A stretch of 29,702 bases of DNA from Candidatus Thorarchaeota archaeon (GTDB taxonomy: Archaea > Asgardarchaeota > Thorarchaeia > Thorarchaeales > Thorarchaeaceae): assembly GCA_011364905.1 (NCBI GenBank), contig RDNZ01000035.1, forward strand, positions 1 through 29,702. Reading direction: 5' to 3'. The notes under the pieces were generated by a model. It saw nothing but the letters and a program-made list of their open reading frames with translations, searched no databases and was not told where the DNA came from. Position 1 is the stretch's first letter. Each line of letters opens with the position of its first letter. A program made the position numbers and the translations under genes. Shown in pieces: positions 8,201 through 15,945 of this stretch.

Positions 8201-10101
8201 AGATTGTAAAAGTCCGCGATAGAGAGGTGTCTATCGCCAAATTCAATCCTGTTCTGCAGAACCTCTTCCTTGAATCTCTGGCTTTCACAGTCGGAGCACA
8301 TTATCCAAATCGAAGGGAGATATCGCATTTTTACTTCAACAGCTCCCATGCCTTTACAGGTGGGACAAGCTCCCTCAGGACGATTGAACGAGAAATGAGA
8401 TGCTGAAAGCCCTGTTTCCGAAGAATAGAGGTCTCTCACGATATCTGACAACTTCGTGTAGGTTCCCGGATTGGATCTCGGATTCTTGCCAATAGGCTTT
8501 TGGTCCACAATAACGGGTTTCAGCTGCTTTCCTTCAAATGCTCTGCAACCTATCGGCTTCCCCTTCTGCAGGGTGGGTACAAGCACATGCTGAACAAGAG
8601 TGCTCTTTCCTGAACCACTTACTCCTGTAACCACTGAGAACCTTTTCAATGGAAACTTAACTTCAATGTCTTTCAGGTTATGTTTGTTTGCTCCAAGAAT
8701 CTTGAAGAACTCAGTAGGCTGCTTGTGAGACTCAAGACTTGGCACTCGCTTTCGAAAGCTGAAGTAATGCCCGGTTGTCGTGTCTGTGTTCCACAGTTCG
8801 TAGGGTGTTCCTGAAAAGACGATTTCTCCACCAAGGTCTCCTGCTTTTGGACCAATGTCAATTGCTCTATCTGCCTGAGCAGCTGCTACCCTATCGTGTT
8901 CTACAAAGATCACCGGCCCCAAGAGCTTTCTGAATGCCGGCATCAAACGTACAACATCGGCTGGGTGTTGCCCTATGGTCGGCTCATCGAGCACATGCAC
9001 AATGTCTTCCAACCTGCTGGTCAGAGAAACAGCGAGCCGGACTCTTTGTGACTCCCCTCTCGAGAGGGTGGGAGAAGAACGGTCCAACTGAATGTAACCA
9101 AGTCCAACAGTCACTAAGGCATCAAGCCTGCGAGAGATCTCAGTCTTCAACCTCCTAGCTGTCGAGGGAAATTCTGCTTCTTTGAACTTCTTGTGAGCCT
9201 CATCAACTGTAAGCGACATCAATGATGGGAATGTCAAGCCCTCCCACTTGATTGCTGCCGCGAGATGGTGTAGTCCTGTGTCATTACATTTTTGACAGCC
9301 TTTGCCTCCACAGTGAATACACTTTATTCCAAAATGTTTTGGCTCAACGGTCCCAAACCAAGTTCCACACTTGGAACATACGTTACTCAAAGAGAGGTCT
9401 CGGGCCGAATTGCTAGATTGGACTCTGATGGAGCTCGAGCCTAAAGAGTAGGCTGTGCGTACAGCGTCCCTGATTTCGGAGGTTTTGGACTTTGCATTCA
9501 GTTCTGCGATCCACACTGAGATGTCATGTGGGCTCTTTGCGGCCAAATCTCTCTGATCCCAAGGCGCGTTATCAACCACGATATGACTGATACCGAATTC
9601 TGACACAAGCAATTCCAGGAGTGTCCTATGACTACCCTTTGTTGCTTGTAGAAGTGTTGCAGAGATCCTCACAACACCCTTCTTCATCTTCTTTTTGATG
9701 AGAGTGACAATCTCGTCCTCCGTAAGTACCTGAAGGCTCGCACCGCAATTCAGACAATAACGAGTCCCGAACCTAGCAAAGAGTAGCCTAAAGAATGGGT
9801 GCAAACCCGATGCTGACGCCAGAGTTGATAGAGGATTAAGATTGAGTAGATTTTGACCCACGGCGATGATCGGACCAACGCCTGTGACCGAACGAACGTT
9901 AGCTGGAGGCATTCGTGTCCTCGGACTGCTCGATCGAAATACATCCAAGAACCTTCTTTGAGCCTCATGGTAAAGGGTGTCAAAAACGAGCGATGTCTTT
10001 CCCGACCCGCTTATGCCCGTGACGACAGTGAGTCCATCAACTATGTCGACATCCACTGATTTGAGATTATTCTCACGGGCACCACGGATTCGGATATCCA
10101 T
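5212..10101 (-). CDS. uvrA: Tandem-fused double UvrA-like ABC ATPase (four nucleotide-binding domains)
   Basis: Four GA..NNL openers, four Walker A (GISGSGKT, GVSGSGKS, GISGSGKS, GVSGSGKS), four signatures (LSRGE, LSGGE, LSAGE, LSGGE), four LDEP Walker B, many CxxC Zn modules, FSFNRPEGACPTC. Confidence 0.92.
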   Translation of the reverse strand: MDIRIRGARENNLKSVDVDIVDGLTVVTGISGSGKTSLVFDTLYHEAQRRFLDVFRSSSPRTRMPPANVRSVTGVGPIIAVGQNLLNLNPLSTLASASGLHPFFRLLFARFGTRYCLNCGASLQVLTEDEIVTLIKKKMKKGVVRISATLLQATKGSHRTLLELLVSEFGISHIVVDNAPWDQRDLAAKSPHDISVWIAELNAKSKTSEIRDAVRTAYSLGSSSIRVQSSNSARDLSLSNVCSKCGTWFGTVEPKHFGIKCIHCGGKGCQKCNDTGLHHLAAAIKWEGLTFPSLMSLTVDEAHKKFKEAEFPSTARRLKTEISRRLDALVTVGLGYIQLDRSSPTLSRGESQRVRLAVSLTSRLEDIVHVLDEPTIGQHPADVVRLMPAFRKLLGPVIFVEHDRVAAAQADRAIDIGPKAGDLGGEIVFSGTPYELWNTDTTTGHYFSFRKRVPSLESHKQPTEFFKILGANKHNLKDIEVKFPLKRFSVVTGVSGSGKSTLVQHVLVPTLQKGKPIGCRAFEGKQLKPVIVDQKPIGKNPRSNPGTYTKLSDIVRDLYSSETGLSASHFSFNRPEGACPTCKGMGAVEVKMRYLPSIWIMCSDCESQRFKEEVLQNRIEFGDRHLSIADFYNLSIAEVHSILSGDTRLPESKRKSAHNILDALVTIGLGYLKLGQSSPSLSGGEAQRVKLAKYLGRKSLSSKLLILDEPSTGLHPSDLFGFLSVLDKLVKEGATIVVVEHNTDIIKSADWIMDLGPLGGPEGGEVLYCGPVSGIHATANSLTANALENEENVIPNKKPKKTNTLADKISIRNARANNLKSVNVDIKKGKLTVVTGISGSGKSSLVRDVLQAEADRRFLESLSVYERQGTSEGPEAPVDSVSGLGVSVAISSRRRRGSGWYAVYQSRSNIGTVTEISNQLNVLYATVAERTCIDCGTKMIRNEKWSCPKCRSVKPLVSPRAFSSTTYFAACSECSGVGTKNIPAPEKLIIAPEKALCQGAMYSPGYYPGKYFCDPKSAAAGLLVALGEKFGFNPKTTPWNEISEEGKQAFLYGDSEKLEFSYLGTRRGERTRITGRQAWWGFYKLVNEWDVGQTFTNRVTCSSCKGTGLKEEYLAFTILGYNVHELKDKSISELREILRNLKVPETDAYFTSSNLETILKRLKFLEQVGLGYIHLNRPALSLSAGEAQRVILSSLLGSGLTSLTILLDEPSRGMHPSEVDSLIEALRELKEEGNTPIVVEHDLSIIKAADELIDMGPGAGTAGGKIVTVGSPIDVAKCNSVTGRWLRGESKFQFSDAPRTPIAWMKIVGARGNNLQNVNLEIPLGVLVGFCGVSGSGKSTLLIDTLARAMAPKKFTTSIAYEETQPEEYDSITNAPERVVVLDQARKGLRSPGQALGLLDSLVDVFAESEDAVSLGLNKKKLSQPCSICEGAGYLRTDLGFLPAVFTPCETCAGSGRSPEAWDVRMKGYSLPELNSLTLSEIHNLFKDDERIERRLRPALDVGLGYLVLKQPTWTLSGGEIQRLKITQELMKKSTRGTLYILDEPTVGQHLEDVRRLIDVLQRLVAAGNSVFVIEHHPHVLAACDWLIELGPKGGPGGGSVIAEGSPYEIKDLETPTAPYINEILEEMP

Positions 10102-10261
10102 TCCCTCACGACGCTAACCCAAAAGTGAGCCTTCAGTATATTTCAATCTCTCGGAATCTTTGAGTACAGGAGTTCAGTAGAAGATTTCCTGCAAGTTTTT
10201 CTGAAGATTTTTATAGATGAATTTGTTCAAATATCTCAGCATCAGTTTGGGGGTAAAATGA

Positions 10262-10714
10262 GTGCAATTCAATTTCTGGTGGTTCACATCGGACCCTTCA
10301 ACCAACATCATTATTGCAACTATTATCTGGTTCATAATATGTAGTGTATGCCAAAGATCCTGCGGTAAAGATCAAACCATTCATCCCGCCGCATATATCG
10401 GATACGGCGTGGCTTCCTTTGGAATGGCCTTCACTTCTGTGTTTGGTATCTATGGCATTACTTTTGGAGCTCCATTTGTTTTCATCGGCATCTTACTTGT
10501 AGTTGTTATTGGTTGGATGTCGAAATCATACACGCCTTCGAGGCATGGTGAAGGTGTGGCTGCTATTCAAGCAATTCCAAGATTGGCACCGGATATTGAT
10601 TCCTCAACCACAACGTGCCCTAGTTGTGGTAATGAGGTTTCAATGCTTGGCGGAACTGTGAAACCAGATGGTTCAATCATCTGTCCAAATTGCTACAAGA
10701 GATTCGCACCTTAG
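10262..10714 (+). CDS. Membrane protein (about 3 TM) with C-terminal zinc ribbon
   Basis: Hydrophobic segments followed by CPSC-x16-CPNC. Confidence 0.7.
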   Translation: MQFNFWWFTSDPSTNIIIATIIWFIICSVCQRSCGKDQTIHPAAYIGYGVASFGMAFTSVFGIYGITFGAPFVFIGILLVVVIGWMSKSYTPSRHGEGVAAIQAIPRLAPDIDSSTTTCPSCGNEVSMLGGTVKPDGSIICPNCYKRFAP

Positions 10715-10872
10715 CTGGCAAGAGAATTCCATCTTCTGCAGTAATATGCAGTTGTGTTCAGTGCAGTTGAGAATGTACTTGAACAGGGAATCCATTCTAT
10801 ATAGATAGACGAAAACTTCGTACCGAAACTTATTCAGAGCTTGCCCTAATCTGTATTAGAGGTCGAAGTTCG

Positions 10873-11571
10873 ATGGACGAAGAGGGATTTGTTTCTTACA
10901 TGAAGAAGCAACGAAAAACGGAGCGTACAATCTCAACCTGCGTTGATAATGTAAAGGACTTCGAGGACTTCCTAAAACAGCATGGAACTTCTCTTGAAAA
11001 AGCTTCTAAACATGACCTTGAGTCGTTTGCAGCTGATCACCTAGAGAAGAAGCGAGTGTCTAAGGTCATGTGGGGATTAAGCCATTACTTCAGATATGTT
11101 GGGGCTGACCACTTGCTGAGTGCTGCTGGTCGTACTCGTGAGACGCGTGTCAAGGCTTCCAGAACGTCATTCAAACTACGAGGTTTTAGGGGTGTTGATC
11201 CAAAACACGCAAGCAGGCTATCGGCGCTCGGCGTAGACAACACGAAGAAGATGTTGGAGGCTGGAAAAACACCTTTGATGAGGGACGAGTTGTCTGAGAG
11301 GTCCGGCCTTGATATTAGTGTGATTGAGGAACTTGTCAGGCTCTCAGACCTGGCAAGAATACAGGGTGTCAAAGGTATTCGTGCACGTTTGTATTATGAT
11401 GCCGGGTTTGACTTACTAGAGAAACTCAGGAATGTCACTCCCGAGACCCTCTTGGCAGTGACTCGGGAGTTTGTTAAAAGAACTGGATTTGATGGTATAG
11501 CTCCTTTACCAAAAGAGGCTCAGAGCGCAATCGCAACTGCAAAGAAATTGCCAGATCTTGTTGAATGGTGA
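10873..11571 (+). CDS. Integrase-type SAM-like N-terminal domain fused to a DUF4332 (HhH) domain
   Basis: F..YM.....ERTI..C......F..FL helical N-terminus. C-terminal GV.....L...GV.....LL.AG.TP..R..L....G.......LV..SDLARIQGVKG. Confidence 0.75.
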   Translation: MDEEGFVSYMKKQRKTERTISTCVDNVKDFEDFLKQHGTSLEKASKHDLESFAADHLEKKRVSKVMWGLSHYFRYVGADHLLSAAGRTRETRVKASRTSFKLRGFRGVDPKHASRLSALGVDNTKKMLEAGKTPLMRDELSERSGLDISVIEELVRLSDLARIQGVKGIRARLYYDAGFDLLEKLRNVTPETLLAVTREFVKRTGFDGIAPLPKEAQSAIATAKKLPDLVEW

Positions 11572-11711
11572 AAAAGTTCCTTCGAGTGACAAACCAACAT
11601 TGAACACATCCAAGGTTTATGAACATGCGATGTTTTTCCGAATCTCTATCAGTAACCTTATTTTGCATCATGCAGTGCTTTTTTATCTAGTCAATTGAAA
11701 CGGGAGGGCCT

Positions 11712-12350
11712 TTGCCTACAAAAACCACCACTGCGGAACCAAATGCTGAGGAGAGAAACAACGTGCGCGACCAAGATGATGGCAGCAAAATAATGAAAGC
11801 AGTCCTCATAGGGGACGGGTCTGTCGGCAAGACAAGCATCCGCAGAAATTACTTAGGCGAGGACTTTATCGAGGGACATCTTGCTACAATAGGTGTTGAC
11901 CTAGCCACTAAGCGGGTTCTTTTTGAGCAGGATGTTGTGAAGTTCATAATTTGGGACCTTGCTGGCCAGCCAACCTTCGAGAAAGTCCGAGGGCACTACT
12001 ATAGTGGCTGCAATGGGATTCTACTGGTCTACTCAGTCGTTGATCGTAGCTCATTTGACAATGCGAGCAAATGGCTGGTTGAAGCGTACAAGAACATGGG
12101 TCCTTTGCCACCTACTGTCATTATTGGTAACAAGATTGATATTCGACAGTCCCTCGATCAGAAGAAGTATGTAACCCCTGAAGAAGGCCAGGCTTTTACT
12201 GAATACTTCATCAAGAAACTAGAGGTTCCAGCAATCTTCAGAGAAACCTCTGCGAAGACAGGCGCGAACATACAGGATACTTTCCATGAACTTCTCCGTA
12301 TGATGAGCGAGGCTCAAAACGGTAAGAACAACGACTTCTACATGCCTTAG
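11712..12350 (+). CDS. Rab-like small GTPase (Ras superfamily)
   Basis: G1 GDGSVGKT, ATIGVD, G3 WDLAGQ, G4 NKID, G5 TSAK. No C-terminal prenylation cysteines. Confidence 0.93.
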   Translation: MPTKTTTAEPNAEERNNVRDQDDGSKIMKAVLIGDGSVGKTSIRRNYLGEDFIEGHLATIGVDLATKRVLFEQDVVKFIIWDLAGQPTFEKVRGHYYSGCNGILLVYSVVDRSSFDNASKWLVEAYKNMGPLPPTVIIGNKIDIRQSLDQKKYVTPEEGQAFTEYFIKKLEVPAIFRETSAKTGANIQDTFHELLRMMSEAQNGKNNDFYMP

Positions 12351-12399
12351 GTTACTTGAAAACACTTGGTCCCATAGAAAACATTAATAATGCCCATCT

Positions 12400-12433
12400 A
12401 TATATCCTGTACGATATATCCAAAAGGATATTG
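12400..12433. promoter_or_regulatory. Candidate operator upstream of the PadR-TRASH regulator
   Basis: ATATATC-ctgtac-GATATAT (12400-12419) overlapping a degenerate ATATATC-caaaag-GATATTG (12414-12433). Confidence 0.7.
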
Positions 12434-12470
12434 TGCTTCGTATTCAATACATTGTTGAGAGGCGCTGTCA

Positions 12471-12935
12471 GTGAGTAAATCTGCTGAATCCGAATCAAAA
12501 CAGGTGTCTGACCTACAGGATATCCTGTCCGACTTCTCACAGTTCTATATTGTCCTGCTGTTGAGTGAAGGTCCTATTCACGGTTACGGGATGATTAGGG
12601 CATACAAACAACGTACAGGAAAGCCGCTTAGCGCTGGAACTCTCTACCCTTTCTTACAGAGTCTCGAATCAAAGGGATTTGTTGAGAAGAAGGATAAGTC
12701 CACTGGTAAAAGACCAAAGATCGTGTATTCATTGACAAGAAAAGGCAAGGGTTTCTGCGACAGGCTGTTCAAACGATTCGCTACAATAACAGTATCAGCT
12801 TTGGAACCAAGTCTGGAGACCTGCGCTAGCTGCGGTGCTAAGGTGTACGAAGGAGCTCACCATGAGACTATCGATGGTGTAGAGTTGGCTTTCTGTTGTG
12901 TACACTGCGCCAAGGCTTTCAAAGAGGGTCTCTGA
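12471..12935 (+). CDS. PadR-family regulator with C-terminal TRASH metal-binding domain (putative copper regulator)
   Basis: LLLSEGPIHGYGMI, LSAGTLYPFLQSLE.KG.V, RPKIVYSLT.KG (PadR). CASCG...FCCVHC (TRASH). Directly upstream of copA. Confidence 0.88.
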   Translation: MSKSAESESKQVSDLQDILSDFSQFYIVLLLSEGPIHGYGMIRAYKQRTGKPLSAGTLYPFLQSLESKGFVEKKDKSTGKRPKIVYSLTRKGKGFCDRLFKRFATITVSALEPSLETCASCGAKVYEGAHHETIDGVELAFCCVHCAKAFKEGL

Positions 12936-12972
12936 GACAACTGATTGAAGTCGTACCCAAGACCCAAGATTT

Positions 12973-13020
12973 ATATATCGACATGGATATATCTTAAGAT
13001 ATATATCGACACAGATATAT
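12973..13020. promoter_or_regulatory. Tandem candidate operators upstream of copA
   Basis: ATATATC-gacatg-GATATAT (12973-12992) and ATATATC-gacaca-GATATAT (13001-13020), 28-bp period, bridged by the perfect palindrome ATATATCTTAAGATATAT (12987-13004). Confidence 0.75.
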
Positions 13021-13057
13021 TTACAAGAAACGCTTCGAAAGTGCCATTAGGAGCTGA

Positions 13058-15874
13058 ATGGAAATGAACAAGGAACAGACTAGCACACAATCATCGCGAA
13101 TGTCGATAAACATAGAAGGAATGCATTGTGCTTCTTGCGTATCTACAATTGAACATGCATTGCAAAACGAAGATGGAGTCATCAATGTATCAGTGAGTCT
13201 TTTGGATGAGAAAGCTGTTGTTGAGTATGATTCTTCACGAGTTGATAGACCTAGTCTGGAGCGTGCTGTCGACTCAAGCGGTTACCGAGCAAAGAGATCA
13301 TCAATGTCAATGTGCATCTCCGGAGCAGAGACTAATGATGACTGGAACAGGATTTCGCAAGCATTATCCGAGCAACAGGGTGTCATCTCGGTCAATACAT
13401 TCCCAGATAGGAATAAGCTGTTCATTGAATATGACCAAGACCTTCTGACCTACAAGATTGTTAAGAAAACTATCCGTGAGCTTGGCTTTGAACCAGCCGA
13501 GGCTGAAGGCATAGAGAGTGACAGAGAAACCCTTGCGAGAGAAAAAGAGCGGCAGTATTATCTAAGACTTCTTACTCTATCAGTGATACTGACAATTCCA
13601 GTAGTACTTATTCACTTTGGTTTCTTGAATGCTATCATCACCCTGGAATCAACTCGAATGCTCATCATGTTTGTATTGGCGACTCCTGTACAATTCATCG
13701 GTGGACTTCCTTTCTATAGATCTGCACTTAGGTCTGCAAGACATCTGAAGACCAATATGGACACCTTGGTTATGTTGGGTACAAGCGCTGCTTACTTCTA
13801 TTCAGTTGCGACTACATTCGTTTTGACTGGCTATCCTTCATTCTATGATACAGCTGTTCTCTTGATTACATTCATCCTTATGGGACGCGCTCTGGAAGCC
13901 ATTGCGAAGGGTAGAACCTCTAGGGCAATAAGGAGCCTTATGGACCTCCAAGCGAAAGTGGCCATAGTTGTTAGGGACGGAGAAGAGATTACACTTCCCA
14001 TCGAAGATGTGGAGGTTGACGATATTGTTCTGGTGCGACCAGGAGACCGTGTCCCTGTTGATGGTCAAGTTCTCGAGGGTAAGTCGTCTGTTGATGAGTC
14101 GATGATCACAGGTGAACCATTACCGGTGAACAAAGAGGTTGGTGATTCGGTCGTCGGCGGTACTGTGAACAAGAATGGAATGTTACGAGTTCGTGCAGAA
14201 AAAGTGGGACAGGACACAGCGCTTTCACAAATTGTTAGGATGGTTGAAGAGGCGCAGACAAACAAGCCAGCTATTCAACGAAAGGCTGACAAAATCGCAG
14301 GAGTATTCACTCCTGTTATTCTTGTCATTGCATTGGCAACATATCTGTTTTGGGCAATTTTCATAACGATACCATGGCAAGATGCACTCAGCTTCACCAT
14401 TGCTGTCCTTGTTGCAGCATGCCCCTGCGCTCTAGGTCTGGCGACTCCAACAGCGATTATGGTGGGAATTGGCAAAGGAGCCCAATATGGAATACTCATC
14501 AAAACCGGTGATGGGCTTGAAACGATTCCGGTAATCGATACAGTGGTATTCGACAAGACAGGAACACTAACTATAGGTCGCCCGACAGTCACTGACATCT
14601 CTGTCATGTCAAATGAATCAGAGGATGAGGTTCTAAGTCTGGTCGCAGCTGTTGAGAGGAATAGTGAGCATCCTCTGGCTGAATCTATTGTCTATGAGGC
14701 AAGAGAACGAGCCGTTGATATTCCGGACTCCGAGAATTTTGTCTACACAACCGGAAAAGGTGTCAGCGCTTCTGTTAACGGAAAGAACATTCACGTTGGC
14801 AGCGATCAATTCATGCTCGAGAATGGTATTGACTTCTCGATGATGACTGACGAAATCATGTCGCTCCAAAAAGAGGGAAAGACTACAATCTTTGCAGCTA
14901 GTGGTCAAGAACCGTTAGCTGTCTTGGCTATATCAGATAAGTTGAAGGAATCGTCTGTGCAAGCCGTGAGTACCCTGAAGCATCTTGGGCTTGATGTCTG
15001 GATGATCACCGGTGATAGAGAGGAAACTGCGAAATCAATTGCAGCAACTGTCGGTATTGACAATGTTCTTGCAGAGGTACTCCCAGATGACAAGGCAGAA
15101 CAAGTCAAGAAACTTCAGAAAGAGGGTCGTACTGTCGCAATGACTGGTGATGGTGTGAATGATGCAATTGCTCTAGCTCAGGCTGACGTTGGTATAGCGT
15201 TGGGTTCTGGAACGGATGTGTCTGTCGAATCTGGCGATATAGTCCTTGTAAAGGATGACCTGTTGGATGTAGTGACAGGCATTCAGTTAGGAAAGAGCAC
15301 AATGGCTAAAATCAAGCAGGGCTTTTTCTGGGCTCTCATATACAACATAATCCTCTTGCCTATTGCAGCTGGTCTTCTATATCCTTCAACAGGGCTCGTT
15401 TTGAGACCTGAATTTGCTGGGTTGGCAATGGCCCTATCGAGTGTGAGCGTTGTCACGAATGCTCTTACTCTGAACCGCTTCAAACCAGAAAAAGCGATGC
15501 CTTCAGAGGTGACCGCGCTTCCAGCAGCATACAGGGAAGGAGATGTTGTTGTGGACCCAATATGCAAGATGAAGGTTGAAATAGCGACTGCTGAGCTTTA
15601 CAGCGACTTTGAAGGGAAGCGATATTATTTCTGCAGTCAAAACTGCAAAGACACCTTTGATGCCAATCCCGAGCAATACAAGGATGTGGACGCAGCCGAA
15701 CCCGAAGTCCCGGAGATTGCCATTGATCCTATCTGCAAGATGGATGTAGAAACGGCCACGGCAACGCTCGTCAGTGAGTATGATGGCAAGAAGTACTACT
15801 TCTGTAGTTCTCATTGCAAAGAAACCTTTGACAAGAACCCTGAGCAATACAAAAACCAAGACTTTCGAGAATAA
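13058..15874 (+). CDS. copA: Cu(I)-exporting P1B-type ATPase with two C-terminal YHS domains
   Basis: GMHCASC HMA domain, TGEP, CPC, DKTGT, SEHP, TGD, GDGVND, YN and MALSS Cu(I)-type TM motifs, two DPICKM..YYFCS..C repeats. Confidence 0.95.
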   Translation: MEMNKEQTSTQSSRMSINIEGMHCASCVSTIEHALQNEDGVINVSVSLLDEKAVVEYDSSRVDRPSLERAVDSSGYRAKRSSMSMCISGAETNDDWNRISQALSEQQGVISVNTFPDRNKLFIEYDQDLLTYKIVKKTIRELGFEPAEAEGIESDRETLAREKERQYYLRLLTLSVILTIPVVLIHFGFLNAIITLESTRMLIMFVLATPVQFIGGLPFYRSALRSARHLKTNMDTLVMLGTSAAYFYSVATTFVLTGYPSFYDTAVLLITFILMGRALEAIAKGRTSRAIRSLMDLQAKVAIVVRDGEEITLPIEDVEVDDIVLVRPGDRVPVDGQVLEGKSSVDESMITGEPLPVNKEVGDSVVGGTVNKNGMLRVRAEKVGQDTALSQIVRMVEEAQTNKPAIQRKADKIAGVFTPVILVIALATYLFWAIFITIPWQDALSFTIAVLVAACPCALGLATPTAIMVGIGKGAQYGILIKTGDGLETIPVIDTVVFDKTGTLTIGRPTVTDISVMSNESEDEVLSLVAAVERNSEHPLAESIVYEARERAVDIPDSENFVYTTGKGVSASVNGKNIHVGSDQFMLENGIDFSMMTDEIMSLQKEGKTTIFAASGQEPLAVLAISDKLKESSVQAVSTLKHLGLDVWMITGDREETAKSIAATVGIDNVLAEVLPDDKAEQVKKLQKEGRTVAMTGDGVNDAIALAQADVGIALGSGTDVSVESGDIVLVKDDLLDVVTGIQLGKSTMAKIKQGFFWALIYNIILLPIAAGLLYPSTGLVLRPEFAGLAMALSSVSVVTNALTLNRFKPEKAMPSEVTALPAAYREGDVVVDPICKMKVEIATAELYSDFEGKRYYFCSQNCKDTFDANPEQYKDVDAAEPEVPEIAIDPICKMDVETATATLVSEYDGKKYYFCSSHCKETFDKNPEQYKNQDFRE
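15554..15850 (+). repeat. Intragenic duplication encoding two YHS domains
   Basis: Copies at 15554-15679 and 15725-15850 (171-nt period), DPICKM...NPEQY. Confidence 0.85.
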
Positions 15875-15945
15875 TGACAGAAGACAAGGACACTTAATAA
15901 CCCGTTCCAGCTCCGTCCTTTGCTACGGCGATTGGAGGAATTGTA

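Noticed and set aside
10873-11571. Integrase or mobile element
   Set aside because: No catalytic tyrosine-recombinase domain, att sites or cargo boundaries are visible
12973-13020. CRISPR-like or simple AT microsatellite repeat
   Set aside because: Only two 20-bp units with an 8-bp gap and no cas genes. The fixed dyad spacing and promoter position fit an operator better
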